Below are positions 1 through 13,364 of a stretch of DNA of 64,000 nt, piece by piece. The DNA is taken from the NCBI GenBank assembly GCA_964016885.1, contig OZ024765.1, positions 6,138,001-6,202,000 on the forward strand. Reading direction: 5' to 3'. The stretch comes from Eledone cirrhosa (taxonomy: Eukaryota). Under the pieces are notes generated by a model. That model saw nothing but the letters and a program-made list of their open reading frames with translations. It was not told where the DNA came from and searched no databases. Position numbers and translations under genes: made by a program. The first letter of the stretch is position 1, and every line of letters starts with the position of its first letter.

Positions 1-289
1 AAACAAATAGTTACCAAATAATAATAATAATAAATAAAATAAATAAATAAATAAATAAATAAATACAAAATTGAAAAAAAAAAAGAATAAAAAAAATTAA
101 TAAAAAAAAAAACAAAATTGTTCTTTTAATCCAGCTATTTAATAAACCAATTGTTCTTGGAACTCAGCGATTTAATTGCCAGAAAAAGCAAATTAACGAG
201 TTTTTGAAGAAATATCTTTGATGAAAAATCACAGTTATGAAATGCACGGAACAGCAATTCTGAAGAATTTTCTTATTAAATCAGTTTCT

Positions 290-920
290 TTGTCTTTGTA
301 AAGTATTCGAAGGGGGTGTGGTCTTTTGTGAATTCCTTGTAAAGTATTCGAAGAGGGTGTGGTCTTTTGTGAATTCATTGTAAAGTACTTGAAGGGGGTG
401 TGGTCTTTTGTGAATGCTTTGTAAAAGTTTCGAAAGGGGTGTGGAACTTTGTGATTTCATTGTAAAGTATTTGAAAGGGTGTGTGGACTTTTGTCAATTC
501 CTTGAAAATTATTTAAAAGGAGTGTAGACTTTTGTGAATTCCTTGTAAAGTATTTGAAAGGGGCCTGGGACATTTGTGGTTTCATTGTAAAGTATTTGAA
601 AGAAAGCATGGACATTGTGAATTCCTTGTAAAGTATTTGAAAGGGAGACGTGTACATTTGTCAATTCATTGTAAAGTATTTCAAGGGGGCATGGAACATT
701 TGTGGTTTCATTGTAAAGTGTTTGAAGGGGGCCTGGGTTGTGGACATATGTGAATTCATTGTGAAGTGTTTCAAGGGGACATGGGCATTTGTCAGTCCCT
801 TATAACAAATTTGAGGATGCGTGGACTTTTGTGAATTCATTATAAAAGATTTGAAAGGGGACGTGGAACTATGAATTCCATGTAAAGTATTTGAGGGCAA
901 GGGGCTGGAACATTTGTCAG
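290..920. repeat. degenerate ~49-bp minisatellite
   Basis: ttgtaaagtatttgaagggg...ttttgtgaattc repeated ~12x. Confidence 0.85.
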
Positions 921-1767
921 TCCCTTTCTCTCATCTTTCTTTAATATTTTTATGTTTTTACTATTTAAATTTTCATTTATTTTGTTATTTATGCTAATGA
1001 GGCTGCTTAGTTTTCTAAATGTCTCAGAAAAATCAGGATCTGTCAGAGATACGCATGTATGTTATATGTGTGTATGTATGTCTGTATATATATATGAAAA
1101 TATATATACATATATACCTACTTATATATAAATATTCATATATATATATAATCATATATATATACATAATAATATTCATATTTATATATATATATATAAA
1201 TATTCATATATTTATATATATATATATAAATATTCATATATTTATATATATATATATAAATATTCATATATATATATATATATATATAAATATTCATATA
1301 TATATATATATATAAATATTCATATATATATATATATATTCATATATATATATATATATTCATATATATATATATATATTCATATATATATATATATATT
1401 CATATATATATGAATATATATATATATATTCATATATATATATATATTCATATATATATATATTCATATATATATATACAGACATCCACATATTATCCTT
1501 CTCCACCCCACCTTACCCCTGTAGTAGCTATTCTCAACATCACCATACATCCCTACCCCCATACACACATAGTCTATCCTGGGACACTGCCTACCCCTAT
1601 CCTCACTAAACACTTTGCCCCCTTCTAAATCCTCACCCCTCCACAGTCTATCCTGGGACACTGCCTACCCCTATCCTCACTAAACACTTTGCCCCCTTCT
1701 AAATCCTCACCCCTCCACACAGTCTATCCTGGGTCACAGCCCACCCATCTTCTCTTTCTACTCTAGA

Positions 1768-2056
1768 TCATACCCCTTCCTCCTCACTAAACCCTGACAT
1801 CCCAGTCATAGCTACTCCCACCCCAGTACCTACTATCACCACGGTACCTTCCACACTGCCAGGGGTTGTCCTTCTCTCCCATCCCCTAGCCCTCACCCTG
1901 TCAAATCCCTCTATATTTGACACTGCCCCACTTCTGTCAGTAGGGTAGTGAGGGCTCTCAAGCTGAGCCAACGACGACAACCTCTCTAGTGGTGCCGGGG
2001 CCACAATAAATGCACCAGGTACGCTCTGTACGATGGTTGGCGACAGGACGGACACC
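1768..2056 (-). CDS. candidate terminal coding exon C (VSVLSPTIVQ...ERLSSLAQLESP...*)
   Basis: ctttctaccacag acceptor, GC-rich unique island; the 95-aa frame needs a phase-2 donor, while phase 0 stops at 1958. Confidence 0.4.
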
Positions 2057-2654
2057 CTGTGGTAGAAAGCATGACCAAATAAAAAGAAAGGGTTTAATAG
2101 AACTTTTAGTTATGTCACAGGTAAGGTAACCTTTCTAATGTTGGAGACCTACATGATAAACAGACCCTATATGTCTTGTCTTTTGAACTCTTGATTCACC
2201 AAGAAATCAAGGGCCCTGTTTGAGTACCTGGCACCCTTGGGAAAACAGATGTTAAATGATGATAATGATACACACACACACACACACACATTATATATAT
2301 ATATATATATATATGTATACTCTTTTACCTTTACCTGTTCCAGCCATCCGGCTGAGGCCATGCTACACATTCTATCTCCAGCCTTAATATATATATATAT
2401 ATATAATATACTTAATATATATATATATATATTCATATTTTCTGTCATGTTTACATATTAAAAAGATGTGTATATCTATATACACATTTCTACAGTCTCG
2501 GTTACACACTATGTATTTATACAGATATATATATATATATATATGTATGACATACATGCACACATACACATACACATACATATATATATATATGTACGTA
2601 TGTATGCATATATAATATATATATATATGTAGCATGTTTGAGATTTTTATGTTT

Positions 2655-3060
2655 ATAATATTTACTGTATTATATACAACATTTTCCAGCCCCACATGTA
2701 ATGTAACCCCTATTTTTATAATATTTACTGTATTATATATAACATTGTCTGTCCAGCCCCTCATGTAAGGTAACCCCTATTTTTATATTTACTGTATTAT
2801 ATATAACATTGTCTGTCCAGCCCCACATGTAAGGTAACCCCTATTTTTATAATATTTACTGTATTATATATAACACTGTCTGTCCAGCCCCACATGTAAG
2901 GTAACCCCTATTTTTATAATATTTACTGTATTATATATAACACTGTCTGTCCAGCCCCACATGTAAGGTAACCCCTATTTTTTTAATAATTACTGTATTA
3001 TAACGTTGTCCAGCCCCACATATAATATAACCCCTAATTTTATAATCTTTACTGTATTAT
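2655..3060. repeat. ~67-bp minisatellite
   Basis: ccagccccacatgtaaggtaacccctatttt repeated 6x. Confidence 0.9.
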
Positions 3061-3217
3061 ACATGAAAACCATTTTGGTTAATAAAGAACTCAATATAGT
3101 TATTGTTACTCTTGCTGTTAGTCTTCTTCAGAACTTTCAAATTGCATAACTGTGTTCTTTTTTTGTCTTTTTTTTTTCTCTTTTTCTTTAATTTTTATTT
3201 TCATTTTCATTTTCTTT

Positions 3218-3350
3218 TTCCAGATTTTTCCAGATTTTTCTAGATTTTTCTAGATTTTTCTAGATTTTTCTAGATTTTTCTAGATTTTTCTAGATTTCTC
3301 CAGATTTTTCTAGATTTTTCTAGATTTTTCTAGATTTCTCCAGATTTTTC
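3218..3350. repeat. 10-bp tandem repeat (tagatttttc)n
   Basis: direct inspection. Confidence 0.95.
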
Positions 3351-3525
3351 CATAGAGAATGTCTGGTGTTTTGCAGATGGCTGCTGTTCGTATTGGAGAG
3401 CCACTTGCGGATCGACTGGGAAGAACTGTAGATTGAGATGGACTCACAGAACACAAGGGGGATAGGGTAAAGGGGTCGTGGGAGAGGGGGAGCAGCAACC
3501 TTTCGCAGACAACAGAGGAGCTGAG
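3310..3525 (-). CDS. candidate terminal coding exon B (LSSSVVCER...SRSASGSPIRTA...*)
   Basis: long pyrimidine tract plus ccag, phase 0 open to TAG within the 10-bp repeat; GC-richer unique island. Confidence 0.35.
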   Translation of the reverse strand, partial: LSSSVVCERLLLPLSHDPFTLSPLCSVSPSQSTVLPSRSASGSPIRTAAICKTPDILYGKIWRNLEKSRKI

Positions 3526-3623
3526 CTGGCAGTGTGAGGAGAAGGAGGAGGAAGAGGAGGAGGAGAAAGAAGAGAAATCGTTTGGTGTCGCATTTGGGTT
3601 TATACCTCCCTCCCTCCCTCTCC

Positions 3624-3676
<53 letters not shown>

Positions 3677-3706
3677 ATGTGCTTTGATTCTCCATCATAA
3701 ATTTAT

Positions 3707-3781
<75 letters not shown>

Positions 3782-3908
3782 GAAAAGGTAAACAGAAATA
3801 ACAACACAATCAGTACAGTATAAATATATATACACACATATGTATATACATATACACATATATATATATACACATATGTAACTACAGATATATATGCATA
3901 TATATATA

Positions 3909-3950
<42 letters not shown>

Positions 3951-4379
3951 TACATATACACATATATATGCATATATATACACATATACACACATATATG
4001 CATATATATATATATACATATACACATATATATGCATATATATATACATACATATACACATATATATGCATATATATATACAAATATACATACACATATA
4101 TATGCATATATATATACACACACACATATATATGCATATATATATACATATATATACACACATATATATACACATATACATACATATATATACACACATA
4201 TATATACACATATACAGATATATGCATATATATACATCTATGCATATATATGCATATATATACATATATATATATACATACATACATACATATACATACA
4301 TATACATACATACATATATGCATATATACATATATAAATATATATGCATACATACATATATACACACATACATATATCC

Positions 4380-4467
<88 letters not shown>

Positions 4468-4589
4468 ATATGTGTCGATCGATCGATCGACAAGATCCTA
4501 ATTCATTCGCTTATGGAGGGGGGTGGAACTTGTCAAATTGGACCAAGAAGGAGAAAGAGAAGAAAAAGGAGGTTTCAGTACTGTCTAAC

Positions 4590-5610
4590 TGTTAGTAACA
4601 GGGGGGTATGTCAGTAGGGGAGGTGGGTGTTAGTAACAGGGGGGGTATGTCAGTAGGGGAGGTGTGTTAGTAACAGGGGGGTATGTCAGTAGGGGAGGTG
4701 TGTTAGTAACAGGGGGGTATGTCAGTAGGAGAGGTGTGTTAGTAACAGGGGGGTATGTCAGTAGGGGAGGTGTGTTAGTAACAGGGGGGTATGTCAGTAG
4801 GGGAGGTGTGTTAGTAACAGGGGGGTATGCCAGTAGGGGAGGTGTGTTAGTAACAGGGGGGTATGCCAGTAGGGGAGGTGTGTTAGTAACAGGGGGGTAT
4901 GTCAGTAGGGGAGGTGTGTTAGTAACAGGGGGGTATGCCAGTAGGGGAGGTGTGTTAGTAACAGGGGGGTATGCCAGTAGGGGAGGTGTGTTAGTAACAG
5001 GGGGGTATGTCAGTAGGGGAGGTGTGTTAGTAACAGGGGGGTATGTCAGTAGGGGAGGTGTGTTAGTAACAGGGGTATGTCAGTAGGAGGTGTGTTAGTA
5101 ACATGGGGGGTATGCCAGTAGGGGAGGTGTGTTAGTAACAGGGGGGTATGCCAGTAGGGGGAGGTGTGTTAGTAACATGGGGGGTATGCCAGTAGGGGAG
5201 GTGTGTTAGTAACAGGGGGTATGCCAGTAGGGGGAGGTGTGTTAGTAACAGGGGGGTATGTCAGTAGGAGAGGTGTGTTAGTAACAGGGGGTATGCCAGT
5301 AGGGGGAGGTGTATTAGTAACAGGGGTATGCCAGTAGGAGGTGTGTTAGTAACAGGGGGGTATGTCAGTAGGGGAGGTGTGTTAGTAACAGGGGTATGCC
5401 AGTAGGGGGAGGTGTGTTAGTAACAGGGGGGTATGTCAGTAGGAGAGGTGTGTTAGTAACAGGGGGTATGCCAGTAGGGGGAGGTGTGTTAGTAACAGGG
5501 GTATGCCAGTAGGAGGCGTGTTAGTAACAGGGGGGGTATGCCAGTAGGGGAGGTGTGTTAGTAACAGGGGGTATGCCAGTAGGGGGAGGTGTGTTAGTAA
5601 CAGGGGGGAC
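4590..5610. repeat. G-rich 36-bp minisatellite, ~28 units
   Basis: gtgtgttagtaacaggggggtatg(t/c)cagtagggga. Confidence 0.95.
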
Positions 5611-6636
5611 ATGCCAGGAGAGGAGAGGGTTGTGGATCTGCCAGGAGCTGCGACCAGCAGATAGTTTCAGCAATGGAATAACCAAAGGACTATCAGCTCA
5701 TATTTATATATATATATATAGGAAAATGTTTAACCCCCTGGGGTTAAACATTTTCCTATTACCCATCTACTACCTTAAGTATTGATTACTCTGGTGCGTT
5801 ATGGTCCATCTGGTTCCTTACCACACTTCCTTCGTTATATATATATATATGGGTTATATATATATATATATATGTTATATATATATATATATATGTTATA
5901 CATATATTTATATGTTATATCTATATGTATATATATATATATATATAATACATATATGTGTATATTTCATATATATATACACACACTTTATTATAGAAAT
6001 GATTTCTACAGGACTAAAATTTTCCTGATCATTTCTCACAAATGAAACAGTTCTAGTGCTGTAGAGATCATTTCTATAATAAAATGAATATATCTATACT
6101 CTATTGATGTATTGAGTACATTTTCTGACAGTGGTCACCCCAAGATTTACACGAGGACCCTAAATATATATATATATATATATATCAATAATAGAAAGAT
6201 ATATATATAAATATATAAACAATAGAAGGACCAAACGAAATGAGGTTTCCTTGGTGTGATTTCACTACTGTTTTCTTACATATATATTATATATATATTA
6301 TATATGTTATTAGGACAGATTAAAGTTTACGCAAAGAATTGCTGCTTCACCCCTTTACGGGATCTTTTGAAACTCAGAAGATCCCGTAAAAGGGTGAATG
6401 CAGCAATTCTTTGCTTTAACTTTAATCTGTACTAATAATAAATATTTGCTCTTCGGATTTTGGTCTTCACATTTGGTCTTCACATATATATATATTTATA
6501 TATCTCTTTTGAGATGAGTTTGAATTATTTTTCCTACATCTTACGTTAACTATTTTTCCCATCTTGACGACATAGTCGCATATATGTTATGGAATGCTGT
6601 TAGCTTCTCGCTAAAACAATTTCTATACCTTTCATT

Positions 6637-6667
<31 letters not shown>

Positions 6668-6775
6668 GTATATATATGTGTGTGTGTGTGTGTGTATCAA
6701 CAATGGAAAGACCAATGGAAATGTGGTTTCCTTGGTCTGATTTGACTATTGTCTTCTTACACACACACACATATG

Positions 6776-6815
<40 letters not shown>

Positions 6816-6937
6816 TATATACATAGGACATATGTATATATGTATATATATATACATATATATATACACATGGCATATGCACATATATATATATATATAT
6901 ATATACGACATATGTATATATATATACATGGCTTATG

Positions 6938-6973
<36 letters not shown>

Positions 6974-7583
6974 CGTATATATAAATATACATATGTATAT
7001 ATAAATACATATGTATATATAAATACATATGTATATATAAATATACATATGTATATATAAATACATATGTATATATAAATACATAAGTATATATAAATAC
7101 ATACGTATATATAAATATACATATCTATATATAAATACATATGTATATATAAATACATACGTATATATAAATACATATGTATATATAAATACATATGTAT
7201 ATATAAATACATACGTATATATAAATATACATATCTATATATAAATACATATGTATATATAAATACATACGTATATATAAATATACATATCTATATATAA
7301 ATACATATGTATATATAAATACATACGTATATATAAATATATATGTATGTGTATTAACAATGGGAAGACCAATGGAAACATGGCTTCCTTCATCCAATTT
7401 GACAAGTGACTCCTCATTTAGTTTCTACATCTGCCATATTGTTTTCTGTTCTGATTCTGTGTCAGTTGAGAAGAGAATCGGTACAAAGGTAGGGGTCAGG
7501 GTGAGTAAATGACATGCCAGGATGAAGACGGGGGAGGGTTGAGGGTTGAGGACAAGGAAGAAGAGATGGGTTGGGGGGCACTG

Positions 7584-7856
7584 CTACTGCTGTTTGTGTC
7601 GCTGTCGCTGGTGTTTCTGCTGTCGATGGCGATACTGTTGTTGCTGCTGATGTGATGGCTCTGACTCAATGTGAGCTGTAGGACTCTTCCTCGTGGATGC
7701 TGCATACTTGGGTTGGTAGATGGGAGAATCAAGGTGATCGTCGTTTGTAGAAGTTGAAGGAGAGGGCGTAGAGGATATCATATACCAGTAACCTGCTGGG
7801 ACCCCTTCACAGCAACATAAATCTTCTGACGAACTGACCTGATATGGGATACCAAT
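7584..7856 (-). CDS. KCNH2: candidate terminal coding exon A (IGIPYQVSSSED...HQRQRHKQQ*)
   Basis: tttgtcttccag acceptor, phase 0, 90 codons to TAG; an internal CAG/gtcagt donor after 18 nt is also possible. Confidence 0.55.
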   Translation of the reverse strand: MGIPYQVSSSEDLCCCEGVPAGYWYMISSTPSPSTSTNDDHLDSPIYQPKYAASTRKSPTAHIESEPSHQQQQQYRHRQQKHQRQRHKQQ

Positions 7857-8749
7857 CTGGAAGACAAACAGAATCAGTTTGAAAAACCATCGCAAAAAAA
7901 ACCCCCCAACAATTGAAATCAATAAACCAATCAAACATACTGAATAGATCAATAGTTCTTCTTTCTCCTTCTTCATTTTCTTTTTTTTCTCCTTCCTCTT
8001 CTTCATCATCAGTCTTCTTCCTCTTCTCCTCCTCCTTCTTCTACTTCTTTGCTTTCTTCTTCTCCCCTCACTTATTCCTGATGTTGTTGTGAGGGTCAGA
8101 GTCCCCAAACACTTCTTCCAGTGGGTCCTGTCACAAGAAATCGTCTCGAGGAAGTGTTTGAGGACTCAGCTCCCCCACGACATCAGGAATAAGTGAGGGG
8201 AGAAGAAGGCAAAGAAGAAGAAGAAAGCAAAGAAAAAGAATGCAAAGAAGAAGAAGAAGGCAAAGAAGAAGAAGAAGGCAAAGAAGAAGAAAAAGAAGAA
8301 GGAAAAGAAGAAGAAGGAAAAGAAGAAGAAAGGAAAGAAGAAGACAAAGAAAAAGAAGGGAAAGAAGAAGAAGAACTATTGATCTATTCAATGTGTTTCA
8401 TTAAATGATTGATTTCAATCATTGATTGTTGTTTTTTTTTTCAATAGTTCAGTAGTTCAATAGATCAATAAGTAAATAAATATATTGATAAATAAACTAC
8501 AAAGAAATAGAGAGCAAAACCAATCAGTTGTAAAACGGTGGGGTGGATGTGAAGCATTGGGGGGTATGTAGAAAGAAGCACCAAGGAGACTCTGCAGGGA
8601 TAGAAATAATAGTGAAAAACACTAATGTAATGCGAAATAAAGATATAAACTGAGATAGGGGAATCACAGCAAACACAGGCACAAATATTTAGGGATCAAT
8701 GGACTAGACAGGGTTCAATACACATAAGCTGGATGTAGATGAAAACAAG

Positions 8750-8797
<48 letters not shown>

Positions 8798-9743
8798 ATA
8801 TATATATATGAAGAAATTTTAATGAAAATAATGGTTTCTTCATTTAGCAATTTGAAGGGAAGAAGGAAAGTCGATTAAATTGACCCCAGTGCGTGACTGG
8901 TACTTTATTTTATTGACCCCGTAATGATAATAATAATTGTTTCTACTTTAGACACAAGGCCAGCAATTACCCAGTGTATTACTGGTACTTTATTTTATCG
9001 ACCTCGTAAGGATGAAAGGCAATTTTAACCTCGGCGGGATTTGAACTCAGACTGTAAAGGGACGTAACTCTGCTAGAAAACATGGCGTCCAACCCTCTAC
9101 CGATACTGGGTTTCTTATATAAGCACAAGGCCAGCAATTTTGGGGGAGGGGAAAGTCGATTAAATCCACCCCAGTACGTTACTGGTACTTTATTTTATCG
9201 ACCCCCCCTCCCCCGTAAGGATGAAAGGCAAAGTCAACCTCGGCGGGATTTGAACTCAGATCACAAAGGGCCGTAACTCTATGTTGCAAAGCATGGCGTC
9301 TGACACTCTACCGATTCTGCCAAACCACCGGACATAATGATAATAATAATAACAATAATAATAATGATTTCTTTATTAGCCACACAGGGCTCACATTAAG
9401 GAGACATTAAAGACAGTACGGGACGATACAGCATGGGTTTTTCTTTAATAAATAAAAGATATCAAATTAAAAACACTGTAGACTAAATAATAAAAAATTG
9501 AAATGAATAAAAAACCTACCTGAGAGATAGAGTTATTTTGATGAACTCTATTAAGAATCCTAGAGAAGAGGCAGCGAAGGAAAGAAGCAAGAGAAAGTAT
9601 TATAGAGCTGCAGAGAAAATAGAATTCACTGCTATATGGAAAAAGTCTTTTTTTGTTTTCATAAAAAAAGAGCTCCCTTTTGCTTAGCACTAGACATGTG
9701 TATGTGTATGTGTCTGTATATGTGTGTGTGTGTCTGGAATATT

Positions 9744-9792
9744 GCTCTTCTGATGATTTCATACGGATGAAACAGTTCTAGTCCTGTAAATA
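9744..9792 (+). ncRNA. hammerhead motif related to 39331 (weak stem I); mutated copy at 6022-6068
   Basis: CTGATGA-TTTCatacGGAT-GAAA-CAGttctagtcCTG-TA. Confidence 0.55.
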
Positions 9793-10524
9793 AAGTCATT
9801 TCTATGTATATTATCATCATCGTTTAACATCCATCTTCCACGCTAGCATGGGTTAGACGGTTTTGTTCCATTTGATGCGGGGGTTGGTGAGGAGACCGTA
9901 TCTCACTCGTACAAAGTGCCTCTGGCAGGTTTTCTACGGTTGGATGCTCTTCCTCACACCAACCACTTTTACAGTGTGGACTGGGAGCCTTTTTACCGTG
10001 TCTCCTAGATGACTACTTTACAGTGTGGACTGAGGTGCTTTTTGTTGTGTCACCAACACAGTGAACGGAAATATATATATGTGTGTGCGTGAGTATATAT
10101 AAATTGATAGTCGATCGACAAGATCCCAGGCCTCATTCGCTTAACAAGCGGGGTGGAGCTCGTCAAATCGGATTGAGGAAACAATGTTTCCATTGGTCTT
10201 TCCAATTGCTAATAAAATCTGTCGGTCGTAAATCCAAGCAGAAGGAGCAATGTGAAATAAAGTGTTTTGCTCAAGGACATAACACATTGCCCAGTCTAGA
10301 GAGATAATTATGTAAGATAAAGCCTTTACTGCGAAACAATAGTGTATATAGAGTAATGTAAATGCTAAAGGGTTAAATCAACAAAGTATGAAAGGTAAAG
10401 TTGACTTCGGTGGGATTTAAAGAGAGCACAGAGTCAGAACTAATACCACTAAGGTATTCTAATTGACATTTCAATGACTCAGCCACTTTACCGACACACA
10501 CACACAAATATATATATATATATA

Positions 10525-11040
10525 ATCATCATCATTTTACGTCTGCTTTTCCCTGCTTGCAAGGGTGGGATGGGTCCTATTCAGTACAGCATCTCTCCAC
10601 TTGTCACGGTCCTTCGTCATCTCCTCTGTGATCTTCAGCAATCTGAGGTCTGCTCTCACCACCTCTGCCCATGTTTTTCGTGGTCTTCCTCTACTGCGTC
10701 TTCCTTCTACTAGGATTTCTTGGCACTTCTTTACCCAGCGGTCATCCTCCATGTACATCAGATATCTATACCATCGCAGTCTTCTCTCCCACACACCACA
10801 GCCTATCCCTCTTAGGCACAGTTTCTCTCTCACCACCTCTGCCCATGATTTTCATGGTCTTCCTCTACTGCGTCTTCCTTCTACAGGGATTTCTTGGCAC
10901 TTCTTTACCCAGCGGTCATCCTCCATGTACATCACATGTCCATACCATCGCAGTCTTCTCTGCCTCACACCACAGCCTATCCCTCTTAGACACAGTTTCT
11001 CTCTCAACTCATCTATGCTTGGTCGTTCACACACATTGAC
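10525..11040 (-). mobile_element. RTE family B 3' fragment with internal ~180-bp duplication
   Basis: RRLRWYGHVMYMEDDRWVKKC...GRRSRGRPRKTW twice, (GAT)n tail. Confidence 0.88.
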
Positions 11041-11232
11041 ATATATATCAAAAGTATATATTGAGTTAGAAACTCAGAATAGTCCCTTACACAGATACAT
11101 ACATGTGTTCAAATCCCTTTTCTCTCTTTAACATTAAATTATATATATATATAATTTAATGTATATACATATAGTATAGAGAGAGAGGTATAGAGGAAAG
11201 AGAGACATACATATATATATAGTGAGAGAAAG

Positions 11233-11275
<43 letters not shown>

Positions 11276-11303
11276 ATAGAAATGAGAGAAATGTCTATCG
11301 TAC

Positions 11304-11497
11304 CTGGACATCACTTGAATAGGGTGGAGGTGGGGGTGGAAATTGAAATACATCATCGTCTGGAACGGAACTCACATCCCTGACCACCATGTTTGATGCA
11401 CTTGAATCCAGCTGTTGTTGTTGTTGTTGTTGTTGCTGTTGTTGCTGATGTAGTTGTTGTTGTTCACTGGATTTTGGAAATGCTTGATAGTTGGTAC
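11304..11497 (-). CDS. KCNH2: erg exon: polyQ and PPPY motif
   Basis: caatag acceptor after a long U-tract, CAG/gtacga donor, 194 nt, phase 1-0; QQQLHQ(n)...FQFPPPPPPYSSDVQ. Confidence 0.78.
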
Positions 11498-11764
11498 CTA
11501 TTGTAAAGGGGACACCAAGAAAAATAGGGAAGATAAAAAGGAAATGAAAAGAAAAAAAGAAAAAAAGAAAAAAAGAAAAAAAGAAAAAAAAAGAAAAAAA
11601 AAAAAAAAGAACCAAGCAGGGAAAGGGGCAGGGCCAAACCCTTCACCTCAGTACCCCAGTTTTCCTTTATTAGAGAAATTAAAAAATTAAAAAATTTTTT
11701 TTAATCACTTTCAAAATACTCAAATATATTCCTAGGATAAAATTATATAAAAATAATAAAGAAT

Positions 11765-12450
11765 ATGATCGCGAATACAAGTGGCCGAAATGGGGTTCCT
11801 CCGAAGGGATTTTGGAGTAACGTTACTTGATAAAGTGTGTAGCTCGGAGATCAGAGAGTCACTCCAGGTAGAGCTGCTACTTCTCTGAATTGAGAGATCA
11901 CAGTTCTGATACTATGGACATGTGGTTAGAATGTCTCAGGAAAGAATCACTGGACATATTTGTAGCTCAGAGATCAGAGAGTCACTCCAGGTAGAGCTGC
12001 TATTTCTCTGAATTGAGAGATCACAGCTCTGATACTATGGACATGTGGTTAGAATGTCTCAAGAAAGAATCACTGGACATATTTGTAGCTCAGAGATCAG
12101 AGAGTCACTCCAGGTAGAGCTGCTACTTCTCTGAATTGAGAGATCACAGCTCTGATACTATGGACATGTGGTTAGAATGTCTCAAGAAAGAATCACTGGA
12201 CATATTTGTAGCTCAGAGATCAGAGTCACTCCAGGTAGAGCTGCTACTTCTCTGAATTGAGAGATCACAGCTCTGATACTATGGACATGTAGTTAGAATG
12301 TCTCAAGAAAGAATCACTGGACAGATTTGTAGCTCGGAGATCAGAGAGTCACTCCAGGTAGAGCTGCTACTTCTCCAAATGGAGAGATCACAGCTCTGAT
12401 ACTATGGACATGTGGTTAGAATGTCTTGGGAAAGAATCACTGGACAAATT
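11765..12450 (+). mobile_element. RTE (Rex3/Expander-like) C-terminal fragment amplified into ~5 tandem 126-bp units
   Basis: translates as AEMGFLRR.FGVTLLDKV.SSEIRESLQVE...YYGHVVRM with stops; unit repeats are visible. Confidence 0.8.
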
Positions 12451-12860
12451 TTACATTGTCTTAGTCTTCTTAAAACAAATCATTTTCTACATCAGAGGTT
12501 CTCAAAGTGAGCGCTCACTCCCTGGAGAAGGTCAGGGGGAGCACTGCGGCCTAAGGGGGTGGTAGAGATGATATAATGATATATTAAATATCAAATGATA
12601 CATACTATATATAAATATAGTCAAATAAAAAATATACAATATTTATTTATACATAGTATATATTATATTATTTATTATATATAAATTAAATGATGATGAT
12701 GAAATTAACAATTTTATTTATTATATATTATTTACAATTTGCATCTCTCTGGAAATAGGGTTGGGGGTGCTGAGGGTATTACATGGGCGTTTTGGGAGGG
12801 GGACCAAAAGTGTGAGAACCTCTTCTACATTATATAAAAATTTAAAAACAACATTATTAC

Positions 12861-13084
12861 CTGATGGTTTTGGCTCCGATACTGCGGTTTTACATGAGGT
12901 TGTTGTTGAATAGCTGCCGCTAGTGGGGGCAGGTGGTTGTGATGAAGAGCATGAGCTAATCTGAGCACCCCCACTGAAGCTAACAGCTGGTACCGACAGG
13001 GCGGCACCTGAATATTGGTTGCGTAAAATGCTTAAAATCATCGATATATCAGAACTCATTTTTTTCTCTAACCTGCAAAGCTGC
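12861..13084 (-). CDS. KCNH2: erg exon: tetramerising coiled coil (QLCRLEKKMSSDISMILSILRNQ...)
   Basis: tttccag/gtaata, 224 nt, phase 2-1; matches hERG [23 protein letters not shown]. Confidence 0.88.
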
Positions 13085-13277
13085 CTGGAAATAGAAAAAT
13101 GACAAAGGAAGACTAAAGCAAAAGACAGCTAGGATTTAAACTCAGAATGTAAAGACCTGCAGCAACTTACAGAAAGTATTTTGTCTGATATAACTATTCT
13201 ACCAATCCCTAACCCTAAAAATACACACAACTTCTAGGTATTGCATACACATTATATAGAATACCCCTAGACTTACA

Positions 13278-13312
<35 letters not shown>

Positions 13313-13364
13313 TATACAGAAAATAGCATTACTAAGTTATGTATACATGTTACATCTCTCTCTC

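Noticed and set aside
6370-6410. CAGAAGA-tCCC..GGGt-GAAT hammerhead-like motif in a hairpin (also 16797-16826 and 18128)
   Set aside because: The catalytic core is incomplete or mutated; probably decayed relatives, so not called as ribozymes.
1019-7417. Many YI/HT/CV-rich ORFs up to 226 aa (also at 18167, 25797, 38498, 42262-43157, 51148)
   Set aside because: Translations of (TA)n/(CA)n microsatellites that happen to lack stops; no domain content.
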